A DNA stretch of 64,000 nucleotides from Planctomycetaceae bacterium UBA7805 (GCA_002480485.1 DLCF01000054.1:10569-74568); one strand, 5' to 3'. Numbered from the stretch's first letter, positions 15,652 through 25,824 are shown. Made by a program: numbers and translations. The notes: a model not told the origin generated them from the letters alone.

Positions 15652-16653
15652 TTACCTAGATCGCTGCGGATCGGTTTTGCGTTTTGCGAATCGGTTGGGT
15701 CGACCGCCCTCGCGACTGCGAAATTCGGCCCAAACGGGAAAATGATCTGAAATGGTGGCTGCCTCTGCCGTCGTAAGATTGAATAATCGTACGATATCAA
15801 CTACCCCAGACTTGCCATTAAATTCCTGTGTCGCCAGCTTGTGTAGGCAGAGATTGTCATTTGCCGAATTGGCGACGGTTCCGGGGATTGAATGGTGATG
15901 TGCCGGCTGAATACCGAATCCATCCCCCCATGCAAAAAGTCGGTGGGTCTCTGTTGAAAAATTCCCCAATAAAATGACATCATCCTCCTGATCCACATCT
16001 CCCAAAACGACGTTGTAGACATCCTGCAGCGTACCAAGCTCCTCAGGAGTATTTAATGGATCTAGATGCACGTTTACTAGCTTGAAGGTGAATGCGGTAT
16101 CCGAACTCACAGTCCTCGCGCGGAATAAGGCGACTAAAGGTTCAAACAGAATACGGTCATGCGGATCCGCAACGGTATAGGTTGCTTGGCGATCTATTTC
16201 GACTGTTTGTTTGTTGAAGAAAAACGCAAACTGCTGTTGGTTTCTGTTTCTTCCAACCCGCGGTCCCAATGCGTACTCGAATTGTCCGCCATCACGATTG
16301 ATCAGGGATAAAAAGTGGGGCACAAAGGTTTGATCAATCGATCGAATGCCTTGGATCGCCACGACGTCGAATTGGCGGATGACACGTGCGAGAACGTTGA
16401 TGATTTTAGGATTTGAAGATTTCTGGGCATTGAACGCTGTAATATGAAACGATGCGATACGGATCGTTTCTGTCGAATCGAGACTCTGCGACGGCACCGG
16501 TGGTTGGTTGTCACCGATGGCGAGTGACTGGGGAACGCGCTGTTTTTCGGGCTCGCTCATGCGGGCTTCGAAGGGTCCCAGCTGATCGCGCAGCAGATAA
16601 CCCCCAAGCAGTGCGACGAGGGACATCAAAAGCCAGGGAGATACTTTTTGCAA
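15652..16653 (-). CDS. Secreted endonuclease/exonuclease/phosphatase (EEP, DNase I-like) family protein
   Basis: N-terminal signal anchor. Motifs IRIASFHITAFN, VNVHLDP and SDHFPVWAEF. The track start is TTG, and an alternative ATG is at 16626. Confidence 0.7.
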   Translation of the reverse strand: MQKVSPWLLMSLVALLGGYLLRDQLGPFEARMSEPEKQRVPQSLAIGDNQPPVPSQSLDSTETIRIASFHITAFNAQKSSNPKIINVLARVIRQFDVVAIQGIRSIDQTFVPHFLSLINRDGGQFEYALGPRVGRNRNQQQFAFFFNKQTVEIDRQATYTVADPHDRILFEPLVALFRARTVSSDTAFTFKLVNVHLDPLNTPEELGTLQDVYNVVLGDVDQEDDVILLGNFSTETHRLFAWGDGFGIQPAHHHSIPGTVANSANDNLCLHKLATQEFNGKSGVVDIVRLFNLTTAEAATISDHFPVWAEFRSREGGRPNRFAKRKTDPQRSR

Positions 16654-16783
16654 AGTTTTACTCGCATCACGGTCGTTTCAACAGGCTACCGAGAATGCGG
16701 AGGATAGCGAGGTACGGGCGACCATTCCAGGTCAATTTGGGAAAAGATCCGAGTGCTAGCAGCGAACCCCGATAATCCGAAAC

Positions 16784-17293
16784 CTAACGTTGGCTCTCCT
16801 GCAAAAGATGACCCAATTCAGGCAGCACTAGCTTTTCCATTGCCAGACGAACAGCACTCGGAGAACCTGGCATGGTGAACAGTAGTGTCTGCCCGAGTAA
16901 CCCTGCCTGGGCACGGCTGAGCATTGCGGCCGGGCCGATCTCCTGGTAACTCAACATACGAAACAGCTCGCCGTAACCGGGCAGGTGCCGCGTTAGCATT
17001 TCCGCAATTGTTTCGTAAGTATGGTCTCGGCGACTAATGCCTGTTCCGCCCGTAATCAGAATTACTTGGACTGTCGGATCATCAGCGAGTTGCTCGATCG
17101 CTTGCTTCATTTGCACCGGATCTTCTTTCAAGATTAAGCGATTGACAATCAGATGACCGCTGCGGGTCGTTAATTCGACAATCGTATCACCGCCAGAGTC
17201 ATTATGCTCTGTTCGGGTGTCACTCAAGGTGACAACAGCAACGTTGCCCCGCCTCGAGAGATCGCGGTCATGATCAGAGGGAAGTGCAGTCAT
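16784..17293 (-). CDS. moaB: Molybdenum cofactor biosynthesis protein MoaB/MogA family
   Basis: ITGGTGISRRD and FTMPGSPSAV motifs. The 169-aa length is typical for MoaB. Confidence 0.75.
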   Translation of the reverse strand: MTALPSDHDRDLSRRGNVAVVTLSDTRTEHNDSGGDTIVELTTRSGHLIVNRLILKEDPVQMKQAIEQLADDPTVQVILITGGTGISRRDHTYETIAEMLTRHLPGYGELFRMLSYQEIGPAAMLSRAQAGLLGQTLLFTMPGSPSAVRLAMEKLVLPELGHLLQESQR

Positions 17294-17395
17294 CAGGCGA
17301 TTCCTTCAACTGGGTGAAATAATGCCCCGGGGCCATTGCCGGGACATCTTATTTTCACAAAACCGCTGACAAAAATATAGGAATCACGGCCAAAG

Positions 17396-17425
17396 TGGCC
17401 AAGGTAAAAAAAAAGGGGGTATAAT
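17396..17425 (+). promoter_or_regulatory. Candidate promoter (TGGCCA-N18-TATAAT) for the gene at 17516
   Basis: Perfect TATAAT at 17420..17425, 91 nt upstream of the ATG. The -35 is weak. Confidence 0.25.
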
Positions 17426-17515
17426 GGAGGGAGCGGCACATATCGTTGCGATCGATGGTCGCAAAGGTGGGCAAGCAAAATTGCGGTAGGCCGTAGCATA
17501 GAAAGATAGATTCGC

Positions 17516-18763
17516 ATGGATTTCCAGCCCGTTCTTCGGCGACATCAGACTGCAATTGCAACTTTATTCTTCATGTTTGCGGTATTCAGTCCCAACCGCC
17601 AGCCTAGCAATCTTGAGGCGGCAATCTTTCAGTTGGCTAATGGCGGAGTAGTTTTCGGCGAGTTGGTCAATACCGATCGGACCGAGAGTGATGCGTTTGT
17701 AATCCGTCCTTACCAGGGGGGGCAGATTGCGCTTGCTGCGTCTCACGTGCTGACAGTACTGCCGCAGGATCCGCTAGAAATTGCATACACAAAAAGACGC
17801 GTTGTCGCTACGGACTCGGTGGAGGGACACTTAAAACTTGCCGAATGGTGCCAGAAAAATCGTCTCAAGCAGGAACGGAAAAACCACCTTCAACAAATCC
17901 TACAGATCGACCCGGATCACGCGGAAGCACGTAAGCAACTCGGTTATGACTTTGTCGACGGCAAGTGGATGACGAAGGAGGAGCGTATGATTTCCCGCGG
18001 TTACGTTCGAGACGCAGGGCGATGGGTACTGCCCCAAGAGAAGCAACTTCGGGAAAAGCAGAAGCAACTGAAGCAAGCAGAGCGTCAGTGGTATGAGAAA
18101 GTTAAACGATATAGTAAGTGGTTAACTGGAAATAAACGCGTAAGCGGCCGTGAGCACTTGCTTGACATCACGGATCCACGTGCGACACCAGCACTAATTC
18201 ATTTTTTTGCGAAAGCAAAACGGATGGAAAACGTTGAAATTCTCGCGCGTGCCTTAACGCAGGTGGGAACACCGGCCGCGTTTGAAGCAATCGTGACCCG
18301 CACGATGGTCGAATCCGATGACGATATCACGTTCTTTTGCCTGGAACTACTGGAGCGACACAAGCCAGCAGGGGCGACCGCGGTTTACGTAACCGCGCTG
18401 CGGAGCAAGGACAACCTTGCGGTCAATCGTGCAGGTAGAGGTTTGAGTTTTGTAGGTGATTCAACAGTAGTTCGCCCTCTAATTCAATCTTTAGTCACTC
18501 AGCATAAGTTTAAGATTGGTAAGGAAAATCCCGGCGCGGTTTCCACATCCTTTGGCGGTGCAGTTGGTGGTAAAGGGACTGGTTTTGTGACTGGTGGCGG
18601 ACCTAAGATTGTCGCGCAAAATATGCGCAACAAGGAAGTGCTCGGCGCATTGCGTTCTATTACCGGCAAAGATTTTGATTACGACATGGCGGCATGGAAT
18701 AGGTGGTATGAGAGCCAGAAGCCGCCAGCACCGCGGATTAATTCGCGGCGCGATGAAGATTAA
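17516..18763 (+). CDS. Membrane-anchored hypothetical protein with HEAT-like repeats
   Basis: N-terminal hydrophobic segment (IATLFFMFAVF). The central part resembles TPR/helical repeats (HLKLAEWCQKNRLKQERKNHLQQILQIDPDHAEARKQLGY). The C-terminal part resembles HEAT repeats (TPALIHFF...ILARALTQVGTPAAFEAIV...). Confidence 0.55.
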   Translation: MDFQPVLRRHQTAIATLFFMFAVFSPNRQPSNLEAAIFQLANGGVVFGELVNTDRTESDAFVIRPYQGGQIALAASHVLTVLPQDPLEIAYTKRRVVATDSVEGHLKLAEWCQKNRLKQERKNHLQQILQIDPDHAEARKQLGYDFVDGKWMTKEERMISRGYVRDAGRWVLPQEKQLREKQKQLKQAERQWYEKVKRYSKWLTGNKRVSGREHLLDITDPRATPALIHFFAKAKRMENVEILARALTQVGTPAAFEAIVTRTMVESDDDITFFCLELLERHKPAGATAVYVTALRSKDNLAVNRAGRGLSFVGDSTVVRPLIQSLVTQHKFKIGKENPGAVSTSFGGAVGGKGTGFVTGGGPKIVAQNMRNKEVLGALRSITGKDFDYDMAAWNRWYESQKPPAPRINSRRDED

Positions 18764-18832
18764 TCTGCCTGGGAAAGCCCCGGTCATCTCCGAGCAGAGA
18801 TATTTTCATGCGTCCTTATTTCCATATGGACG

Positions 18833-20212
18833 CTAAACGGCCCGTTTCAAAGTGCCGGTCGTGAGCAGACTAGCAGCGACTCGGTCTTCCAGGTTCGGTC
18901 GAAAGATTGTCAACAGCAGAAGCGGTAAATACCAGGCCATGTAAAGGCCGCCACCGTGCGCGTTCCAAAATTGGCAGCCAAGCATCATGGCAGCGGAACA
19001 ACTCATTAGGGTGCCGAGATTTTTTTGCGGCGGCCAGATCGCAAAACTACCTCCGAGCGCGACAAAGGTTGCAATTACCGGTAGTCGATAAACTGCATCA
19101 ACATGTTGCCAGAATCCTTCGAGGTTGGTCAGTTTTGGCGTGGCAATACCAAGCATCTGCTGAACATCGGCTAGAAACGCATCGTTAGACGAGTAGATGG
19201 CTAAAATTCCTATTGATAATGCCAAGGCAAAGAAGACACCTCCGCAAAATCGGAGCACACCACGTCTCCAATAGAAACTTATCCAAAGCGGGAGCAGAAA
19301 GAGCGGATAATAAATTACCCCGATCGCCAATCCCAAAAAGAATCCGGATAATATAGGACGTCGATACGTAACCACCGCCCAGACTAGAAGTGCAGCGGGC
19401 AATACGTGTGCTACGCGGCCGGTCATTTCCGCCGTGTAAGGGAGCAACAGATACAGCACTGCTGCCCCGATACCGGTTTTAATATTTTCGAAATGACGAT
19501 AGCCAATCAGCACCATGCCGATAATTACAGCTAGGTGCGACAGAATTGCAATGGATTTTGCCGCCGCAATGCGCCGCGGATCATACACCCCGCGGCCCAC
19601 GTCAGGCGATGGAATAGCATCGCCCGGGAAAAAAGTCTGGGTTGAAATCTCCGGAAGGATCGCGAGCATCGGGTTCCGCGGCCCAAAGCGTTGAAGGCCT
19701 GATTGTGGTCGAGTTTCCCCCGCCGATGCTGCATCTGGTGCAGATTCGATCGAACTTTCTTGTGCTTTAACCGAATCAGCAATGGCGGCAATTTCCGACG
19801 GCAAAGGTTCAAGTTCTTTCGGATCGCTATTGGCAATATTTGCCATCAAAAAAATCAGTAGGGCAGCACCCAAAAAAGTCATTCCTCCGACTGAGAGATT
19901 CGGCTCCAGAAGGGGACGTCGAACCATCAGAGAATCCATCAGCATGCGGATCAGAAACAATGCACCAATTGTAAAAAGCCAAACAAAACCTAACTGACCA
20001 ATCGCGACTTGGGCATCGGAGGGGAGTGGTGAGGATTTTCCGTATGCCACCAGTACCAGGCCAGGCGCGAAAAGGAGCAAACCCACTAAGTCCAGATTAC
20101 GCACACTCCAGAAGCGACTGAACTTAAAGTAGACGCAGATCGTCAGAAGCGACGAGAGATACACCCAGTTCATAGGATGTATCTTTTTGTAATGGAATAA
20201 AATTTCCTGCAT
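18833..20212 (-). CDS. Polytopic integral membrane protein (GT-C/DUF2029-like impression, unverified)
   Basis: At least 9 hydrophobic segments, with one ~100-aa hydrophilic loop (SDPKELEPL...GRGVYDPRR). An alternative start is at 20173. Confidence 0.55.
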   Translation of the reverse strand: MQEILFHYKKIHPMNWVYLSSLLTICVYFKFSRFWSVRNLDLVGLLLFAPGLVLVAYGKSSPLPSDAQVAIGQLGFVWLFTIGALFLIRMLMDSLMVRRPLLEPNLSVGGMTFLGAALLIFLMANIANSDPKELEPLPSEIAAIADSVKAQESSIESAPDAASAGETRPQSGLQRFGPRNPMLAILPEISTQTFFPGDAIPSPDVGRGVYDPRRIAAAKSIAILSHLAVIIGMVLIGYRHFENIKTGIGAAVLYLLLPYTAEMTGRVAHVLPAALLVWAVVTYRRPILSGFFLGLAIGVIYYPLFLLPLWISFYWRRGVLRFCGGVFFALALSIGILAIYSSNDAFLADVQQMLGIATPKLTNLEGFWQHVDAVYRLPVIATFVALGGSFAIWPPQKNLGTLMSCSAAMMLGCQFWNAHGGGLYMAWYLPLLLLTIFRPNLEDRVAASLLTTGTLKRAV

Positions 20213-20457
20213 GTTGATTCAGCGGCCTTCCTGTGGCCCGATGGCTTGAAAAGGATCGTTAGTAGAAGAGTATGATCATCGCGGCTCTCGACCGATACCC
20301 CTTTCTGAGTAGCCGATCGCGATTAGATCGTCACGGAATTTGAGCGGATCGCTGTTGGAAAGTAAAAAAGACTGGTTATAGCAATTTTTCGACCTGGCTT
20401 ATGCCCGCCAACCCAAAGATTGGTAGCGGTGGTTGCCTGACGAAAACCGCGACGGAA

Positions 20458-21687
20458 TCAATTTTTCTCTTCCGCCAGTCGCAGCCGCGCTTGCTGCGCC
20501 CAAGGACTCTCAGGGGCAAGATCAAGAAATCGTCGCCAATGCGTCTCGGCCTCAAGCTGGTGGTTTTGCTCGTCAAGCGAGCGGGCAAGGTGAAGATGCA
20601 CATCCGCATAATCGGGATGAAATGCCAGAGCACCATTCCAAGCTGCCAGGGCAAGCTCCGTATCTCCCAATTCGTAAAGCACGCAGCCAAGATTCGCGCG
20701 TGCTTCGACAAAATCCTCATCCATTTCGATAGCCGCATAATACCTCTCGCGAGCGGCTTCTGGTGTATCCATGCGATAGAGTAACTCGGCAAGACGGAAA
20801 TGAATTTCCGCGTCCGGACCGTAGGCGGCCAATGTCGTCCGGTAAACAAGACATGCCTCGGACAGACGGTTGTCATCTTCCAGACTTGCGGCTGCCTCCA
20901 GCAACTCGACGGGCGTCATTTCGGCTGCGCTTTTCTCCAACGCCTCCACCCCAGTTTCAAATGGAAGCGATTGCTCCGAATCGCTGTCCATCTTGTTCGC
21001 AGTGACCGCATCGAAATCGAAACGGAACTGACCCACGGCATCAAGCAATCCCTCGCCCTCGCGCAACAGAATATCCTTGCCCTCAACAATCACTGTAAGT
21101 TGTGCAATATGCCGTTTGACTCCCGGGCTTATTTTTTCCAAATCAGCGAGTTTACGTTCGAGTTGCGTGGGAGTTATACCTTCGGCAAGCAATGAGACCA
21201 AAGTTCGTGCGTTGACAACTTCCTGAAAATCAAAATAGGCTAAACGCCGTATTTCGGTCCGGGGTTGAATGAGCCCTCGACGATGCCATCGCCGCACAGT
21301 GGCAGTCGGTACCTGAAGTAACTCGGCTAGCATCGCAGGTGTGTAGAGATTGCGAATGTCTGCATCGTGTTCGCCGGCTACCAGCCCGAGCCTCCGCCAA
21401 AGTTCGGTCTCATCGATGACTTCTATGTCACCATTACGAATCGCCTGAACCAAGGATTCATTTTTTGCGACATCGGATGGAAGCTGATCTGATTTGGGAA
21501 TTTCGGCCTCTCCCTGCACAATCACTTGAGCCGACAAATCAATCTTTTCAGTGATTTTTCCGCCTTGCTCGCGAATCATCTGCTGCGCTGCACGCTTGCT
21601 CAAACCGGCAAATTTACCGATCAGCACATGCCGACGATCGGCTACCGTCACCAGGTCAGATAGGGCAGAGGGGTTGCGACTTTCCAT
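20458..21687 (-). CDS. BRCT-like / MerR-type HTH / TPR three-domain regulator
   Basis: N-terminus is LIGKFAGLSKRAAQQMIREQGGKITEKIDLSAQVIVQGE (BRCT pattern as in LigA). Middle is YTPAMLAELLQVPTATVRRWHRRGLI (MerR HTH). C-terminal TPRs include YAAIEMDEDFVEARANLGCVLYELGD. The track start at 21693 is TTG, and ATG is at 21687. Confidence 0.6.
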   Translation of the reverse strand: MESRNPSALSDLVTVADRRHVLIGKFAGLSKRAAQQMIREQGGKITEKIDLSAQVIVQGEAEIPKSDQLPSDVAKNESLVQAIRNGDIEVIDETELWRRLGLVAGEHDADIRNLYTPAMLAELLQVPTATVRRWHRRGLIQPRTEIRRLAYFDFQEVVNARTLVSLLAEGITPTQLERKLADLEKISPGVKRHIAQLTVIVEGKDILLREGEGLLDAVGQFRFDFDAVTANKMDSDSEQSLPFETGVEALEKSAAEMTPVELLEAAASLEDDNRLSEACLVYRTTLAAYGPDAEIHFRLAELLYRMDTPEAARERYYAAIEMDEDFVEARANLGCVLYELGDTELALAAWNGALAFHPDYADVHLHLARSLDEQNHQLEAETHWRRFLDLAPESPWAQQARLRLAEEKN

Positions 21688-21850
21688 AAGCAAGAGCGTA
21701 CCACGCGCGGGTACTGGGTTACCAGTCGTCTCACGGCCATCGCGTCATGCCGATCGTGTATCTCGCAGTCGTCGAAATGTTTCGTGGAAAACCTGTTAAC
21801 AATTGTTGGTGATTCGTCCGAGCCATGATCTGCGGACCATCTCACTCCAA

Positions 21851-23176
21851 TTAGGTTTCCGCACGGTTTGCACGCAAAATCTTCCGGATGTTGAGCAGTC
21901 TCGCTGCAAGCTCGCTTTCAAACCCACGATCCACTGGCCGGTAGTACTCACGATCAACACCCAGGTAGTCTTGTGCAGCGATTCCTTGCTCACAATCGTG
22001 CGCGTACTGATACCCTTGGCCATGCCCAAGCTCTTTTGCGCCCTGATAATGCTTGTCCTGGAGGTGCATCGGCACCGGTAAAATTCGCCCCTGCCGGATG
22101 TCCGTCCTTGCCTCACCGATGGCTACCGTGGAGGCGTTACTTTTAGGAGCGCATGCCAGATAGGTCACGCATTGTGCTAGATTAAGCTGGCACTCTGGTA
22201 AACCGACGAATTCACAGGCCTGCATAGTGGCAACCGCTAGTGAAAGCGCCTGCGGATCGGCATTGCCAATATCCTCACTTGCGAGGATTACCAGACGACG
22301 GGTTAAAAAACGTACTTCCTCCCCACCTTCAAGCATGCGTGCCAGCCAATAGAGTCCGGCATCTGGATCGCTCCCTCTGATACTCTTAATCAGTGCGCTA
22401 ATCGAATCGTAATGAGTGTCGCCTGTGGGGTCATATTCAATTGCTTTCCGTTGAACTGATTCTTCGGCCAATTCTCGGGTGAATTCCAGCGACTCATCTT
22501 CCGACGATAAAACGCCAATTTCCAACGCACCAAGCGCGCGGCGTGCATCGCCGTCGCTAGCCTCAGCAAGAAAGTCCATGGCATCAGCATGCAGGTTGAT
22601 TTTCCTTTGTCCGAATCCACGTGCTTCATCATCGATAGCTGACTGCAGCAGCTGTTTAATTTCTTGATTGCCGAGAGGGTGGAACTCAAATACACGACTG
22701 CGGCTGATCAATGCGCTGTTAATAGAAAAAAAAGGATTCTGTGTCGTCGCGCCGACAAGGATAACCGTGCCATTTTCCACATCCGGCAAAAGCACGTCCT
22801 GCTGGGATCGATTGAACCTGTGGATTTCATCAACAAAAAGAAGCGTACGATTGCCGGTTGTGGCCACCCGATCCTCGGCCTCGCCAAGTAAAATACGCAT
22901 TTCTTTCACGCCGGATGCCACTGCGCTGAGTTGACGGAACGCGCTTCGGGTTTCTGCCGCCAGCAGGTGTGCCAATGTGGTTTTCCCGCTGCCAGGGGGT
23001 CCGTAGAACAAGACCGAACCCATTCGGTCGCTCTTAAGCAATCTCCACAGCAGCTTGCCCTCACTCAGAAAATGGGACTGCCCGACGAATTCTTGAAGAT
23101 TTCGCGGTCGCATCCGCGCTGCCAGTGGCGCCACTCGTTCTCGATTGCGGTTTTCGGCTGCGTCAAACAGAGACAT
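21851..23176 (-). CDS. rarA: Replication-associated recombination protein A (RarA/MgsA AAA+ ATPase)
   Basis: Walker A GPPGSGKTTLA, DEIHRFN, and the C-terminal MgsA region (YQYAHD). Confidence 0.9.
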   Translation of the reverse strand: MSLFDAAENRNRERVAPLAARMRPRNLQEFVGQSHFLSEGKLLWRLLKSDRMGSVLFYGPPGSGKTTLAHLLAAETRSAFRQLSAVASGVKEMRILLGEAEDRVATTGNRTLLFVDEIHRFNRSQQDVLLPDVENGTVILVGATTQNPFFSINSALISRSRVFEFHPLGNQEIKQLLQSAIDDEARGFGQRKINLHADAMDFLAEASDGDARRALGALEIGVLSSEDESLEFTRELAEESVQRKAIEYDPTGDTHYDSISALIKSIRGSDPDAGLYWLARMLEGGEEVRFLTRRLVILASEDIGNADPQALSLAVATMQACEFVGLPECQLNLAQCVTYLACAPKSNASTVAIGEARTDIRQGRILPVPMHLQDKHYQGAKELGHGQGYQYAHDCEQGIAAQDYLGVDREYYRPVDRGFESELAARLLNIRKILRANRAET

Positions 23177-23317
23177 TGTTATTCACCCGTCGGTTTTGGG
23201 GCCATTCCAGAATACCGTGCCGGGGGCAATTGCAGCAGGTTGGTCAGAAAGACTCAACCGCGTGCTGCAATAAATGCAATTTAACTCGAGATTACGGGTC
23301 GATCCCGACCGCGGTGC

Positions 23318-24256
23318 TCAGTTCAGTCCCTCAAATAAGGGTGTAGAGAGATATCGCTCGCCAAGGCTGCACATAATCGTTACGATTCGCTTGCCAGCAA
23401 ATTCGGGTCTCGCTGCAACTTGTGCTGCAGCACACATGTTGGCACCGCTGCTGATTCCGCCCATGATGCCCTCTTCTTTTGCGAGTCGCTGCGCCCAGGC
23501 AAACGCGTCTTCATCATCGACCGTGACGACATCGTCAACCAGCGAAGTATCCAGATTGTCGGGGATGAACCCGGCCCCGATACCTTGAATTCGATGCTTT
23601 CCAGGTTGCCCGCCACTGATAACAGGTGAGGTCTTGGGCTCCACGGCGATCGCCTTGAATTCCGGGTTTTTACTTTTGAGGTAACGTGAGGTCCCGGTGA
23701 TCGTCCCGCCGGTACCCACACCGGCAACAATCGCATCGATTTGTCCGCCAGAATCCTCCCAGATTTCAGGTCCGGTCGTCGTTTCGTGGATCGCCGGATT
23801 TGCCGGGTTGCTGAATTGTTGCGGCATCCAACCGTTGCCCTCCTGGCCCACAAGCTCCTCGGCTTTCTGCATCGCCCCCGGCATGCCGACCGCCGCTGGA
23901 GTCAGCACCAAATTTGCCCCCAATGCTCTCAGCAGTGTCCGCCGTTCCACCGACATCGATTCCGGCATCACCAAGGTGAGCGGATAGCCCTTAGCAGCGC
24001 ACACAAAAGCCAACGCAATGCCAGTATTACCGCTCGTTGGTTCAATGATATGGGTATCCGGGCCAATCAAACCATCGCGTTCGGCTGCCTCGACCATTGC
24101 TACTCCGATGCGATCCTTAACGCTGTTAAGTGGTTGAAAAAATTCACACTTCGCAAATACGGTTGCTGACGTTTCGGGTAACAGATGGTTGATACGAATC
24201 ATCGGCGTATTACCGATAGCAGCCGCAGCGTCGTCGTAGGTTTTTCCGCGAGGCAT
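23318..24256 (-). CDS. cysK: Cysteine synthase A (O-acetylserine sulfhydrylase)
   Basis: NSVKDRIG (PLP lysine), TSGNTGIALA and GVGTGGTITG. Confidence 0.85.
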   Translation of the reverse strand: MPRGKTYDDAAAAIGNTPMIRINHLLPETSATVFAKCEFFQPLNSVKDRIGVAMVEAAERDGLIGPDTHIIEPTSGNTGIALAFVCAAKGYPLTLVMPESMSVERRTLLRALGANLVLTPAAVGMPGAMQKAEELVGQEGNGWMPQQFSNPANPAIHETTTGPEIWEDSGGQIDAIVAGVGTGGTITGTSRYLKSKNPEFKAIAVEPKTSPVISGGQPGKHRIQGIGAGFIPDNLDTSLVDDVVTVDDEDAFAWAQRLAKEEGIMGGISSGANMCAAAQVAARPEFAGKRIVTIMCSLGERYLSTPLFEGLN

Positions 24257-24470
24257 GTGTCAAACCTTTTTGATTGTTGATTTTGTTGCTTATTGATGTT
24301 TGGATTTCCGGGAGGAAGCAGGTCGTACCGTTTGGGGTTCCACGCTTCTTTGGTCCATTATCATACGCGTGAGCAGACCTCTGTCTAGGCGAACTTTGTC
24401 GCAAGTCTACGCCCTCGGCGAACCGCCGCGTATATCGCAGCCAGCAGCGAAAGTGAGCCAGAAAAAAGGG

Positions 24471-25715
24471 CTAAATTTTTTCCCCGACCGATGCCGTGCT
24501 CCATTGTTGAGAATCGGCCGCCACAGCTTCTCGGAGTCGTTCAGGAAAATCAGGAAATGCCGCAAGCACACGCGTCCAATTTGGAATCGACTCACCTCCA
24601 GCGGGATCTTCTACGAACGCTGTGCCCGACGTCATGATTTGATCGGCAAAGCCCTCAACGGCAATCTCTTCGGCGTGGCGATCAAATTGCAATCCATTCA
24701 TCAATGCATCAGCGTGATATTGTCGAATTGCATCTTGGGCAGCACGCAGGAAAGCCGATCGGAGCGTGACAAAGTGACCCTCCGAGAGAACGGTCCCGCG
24801 ACTGGCAAGCGTGCGGAACATCGAGGTCAAGATATCGGCTGCCATTCGCATGAGACCTTTTGACGGATCGTCGAGTGAAAGATCTTGATGTTTGTGTTCA
24901 TAATCGGAGGTGATATCGACTTGGCACACCCGTTTAGTTGAAGTGTTGCGGAACACCTCGGCCAGCGTGCCGACTTCAAGTCCCCAATCGCTCGGGATTC
25001 GATTGGATCTTGCAAGGCCCGCCGAAACGGCGAATTCACCGGAGAGCGGATAACGAAAGCTAGAAAGATAAGTTAGAAATGGGTCGGGACCCAAAATCGT
25101 GATCAAACTGCGGAGCAACGGCCAAACGAGCAAACGCACCGTGCGGCCATGCAACTGTTCAGTACGGCGGGCATAGAACGCTTTGCAAAACTCAAAGTCA
25201 AGACTTCGGTGGGCCATCGGTAGGCACAAACGGGCAAGTAGTTCCCGGTTGTAAGTCACAATGTCGCAGTCGTGTAACATGTACGCTTTCAGTGACGGAT
25301 CTGCCATCAGATAGCCGAATGCCGTCCACACACTTCTGCCTTTGCCTGGAACGGCAAGGTTGAATCCGGTGGCAATCAATTCCTCGTAAAGATTCTGGAG
25401 TCTCTCTCCATCAGTCCATAGTACTTCCGCCTTTGCACCCAACGGCAGCAATTTTTCTTTGGCCTCTCGGTAATCGGCGACTTCGGGAGCGATCCCCAAA
25501 ACGACGATCACATGCTCTATGTAATCGGCACCTTGCAACTCGCGAACAATCTTTTTAAAGGGGGCTGCCCGCATGTCCGCTGCGGTAACTGGAAGAATCA
25601 GTCCCAAGCGATAATCAAGTGTCGCCTCCCGAAGCATCGCTTCCAAATGGTCCTGCCCGATCGAGCCAAGATCGTGAAGCGTGGTAATCGGCCCCTGTTG
25701 ATGAAAGTCAGCCAT
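24471..25715 (-). CDS. GT-A glycosyltransferase resembling glucosyl-/mannosyl-3-phosphoglycerate synthase
   Basis: N-terminal FHQQGPITTLHDLG and the central HDCDI (DxD-like) are as I recall for GpgS/MpgS-type compatible-solute synthases. This family call is from memory and unverified. Confidence 0.5.
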   Translation of the reverse strand: MADFHQQGPITTLHDLGSIGQDHLEAMLREATLDYRLGLILPVTAADMRAAPFKKIVRELQGADYIEHVIVVLGIAPEVADYREAKEKLLPLGAKAEVLWTDGERLQNLYEELIATGFNLAVPGKGRSVWTAFGYLMADPSLKAYMLHDCDIVTYNRELLARLCLPMAHRSLDFEFCKAFYARRTEQLHGRTVRLLVWPLLRSLITILGPDPFLTYLSSFRYPLSGEFAVSAGLARSNRIPSDWGLEVGTLAEVFRNTSTKRVCQVDITSDYEHKHQDLSLDDPSKGLMRMAADILTSMFRTLASRGTVLSEGHFVTLRSAFLRAAQDAIRQYHADALMNGLQFDRHAEEIAVEGFADQIMTSGTAFVEDPAGGESIPNWTRVLAAFPDFPERLREAVAADSQQWSTASVGEKI

Positions 25716-25824
25716 GTATCTGTCCTTCGATACGACGTCTAATAATTCCGTGAGCCCGACTCTCCCCGAACAAATCGGGGATGCTCACTCAAGGATACCT
25801 CAGTGCAGCACCGCCGAGAAGCGG

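Noticed and set aside
17294-17515. Possible Moco riboswitch upstream of moaB
   Set aside because: On the minus strand I could not find the conserved Moco-motif elements as I remember them. There is only a GC palindrome (GCCCCGGGGC) and a poly-T run. The evidence is not sufficient.
24270-24297. Three TTGAT repeats (ATCAA on the coding strand) in the A/C-rich cysK leader
   Set aside because: A 5-mer repeated in a T/G-rich 30-nt stretch is easily produced by chance, and there is no further support.
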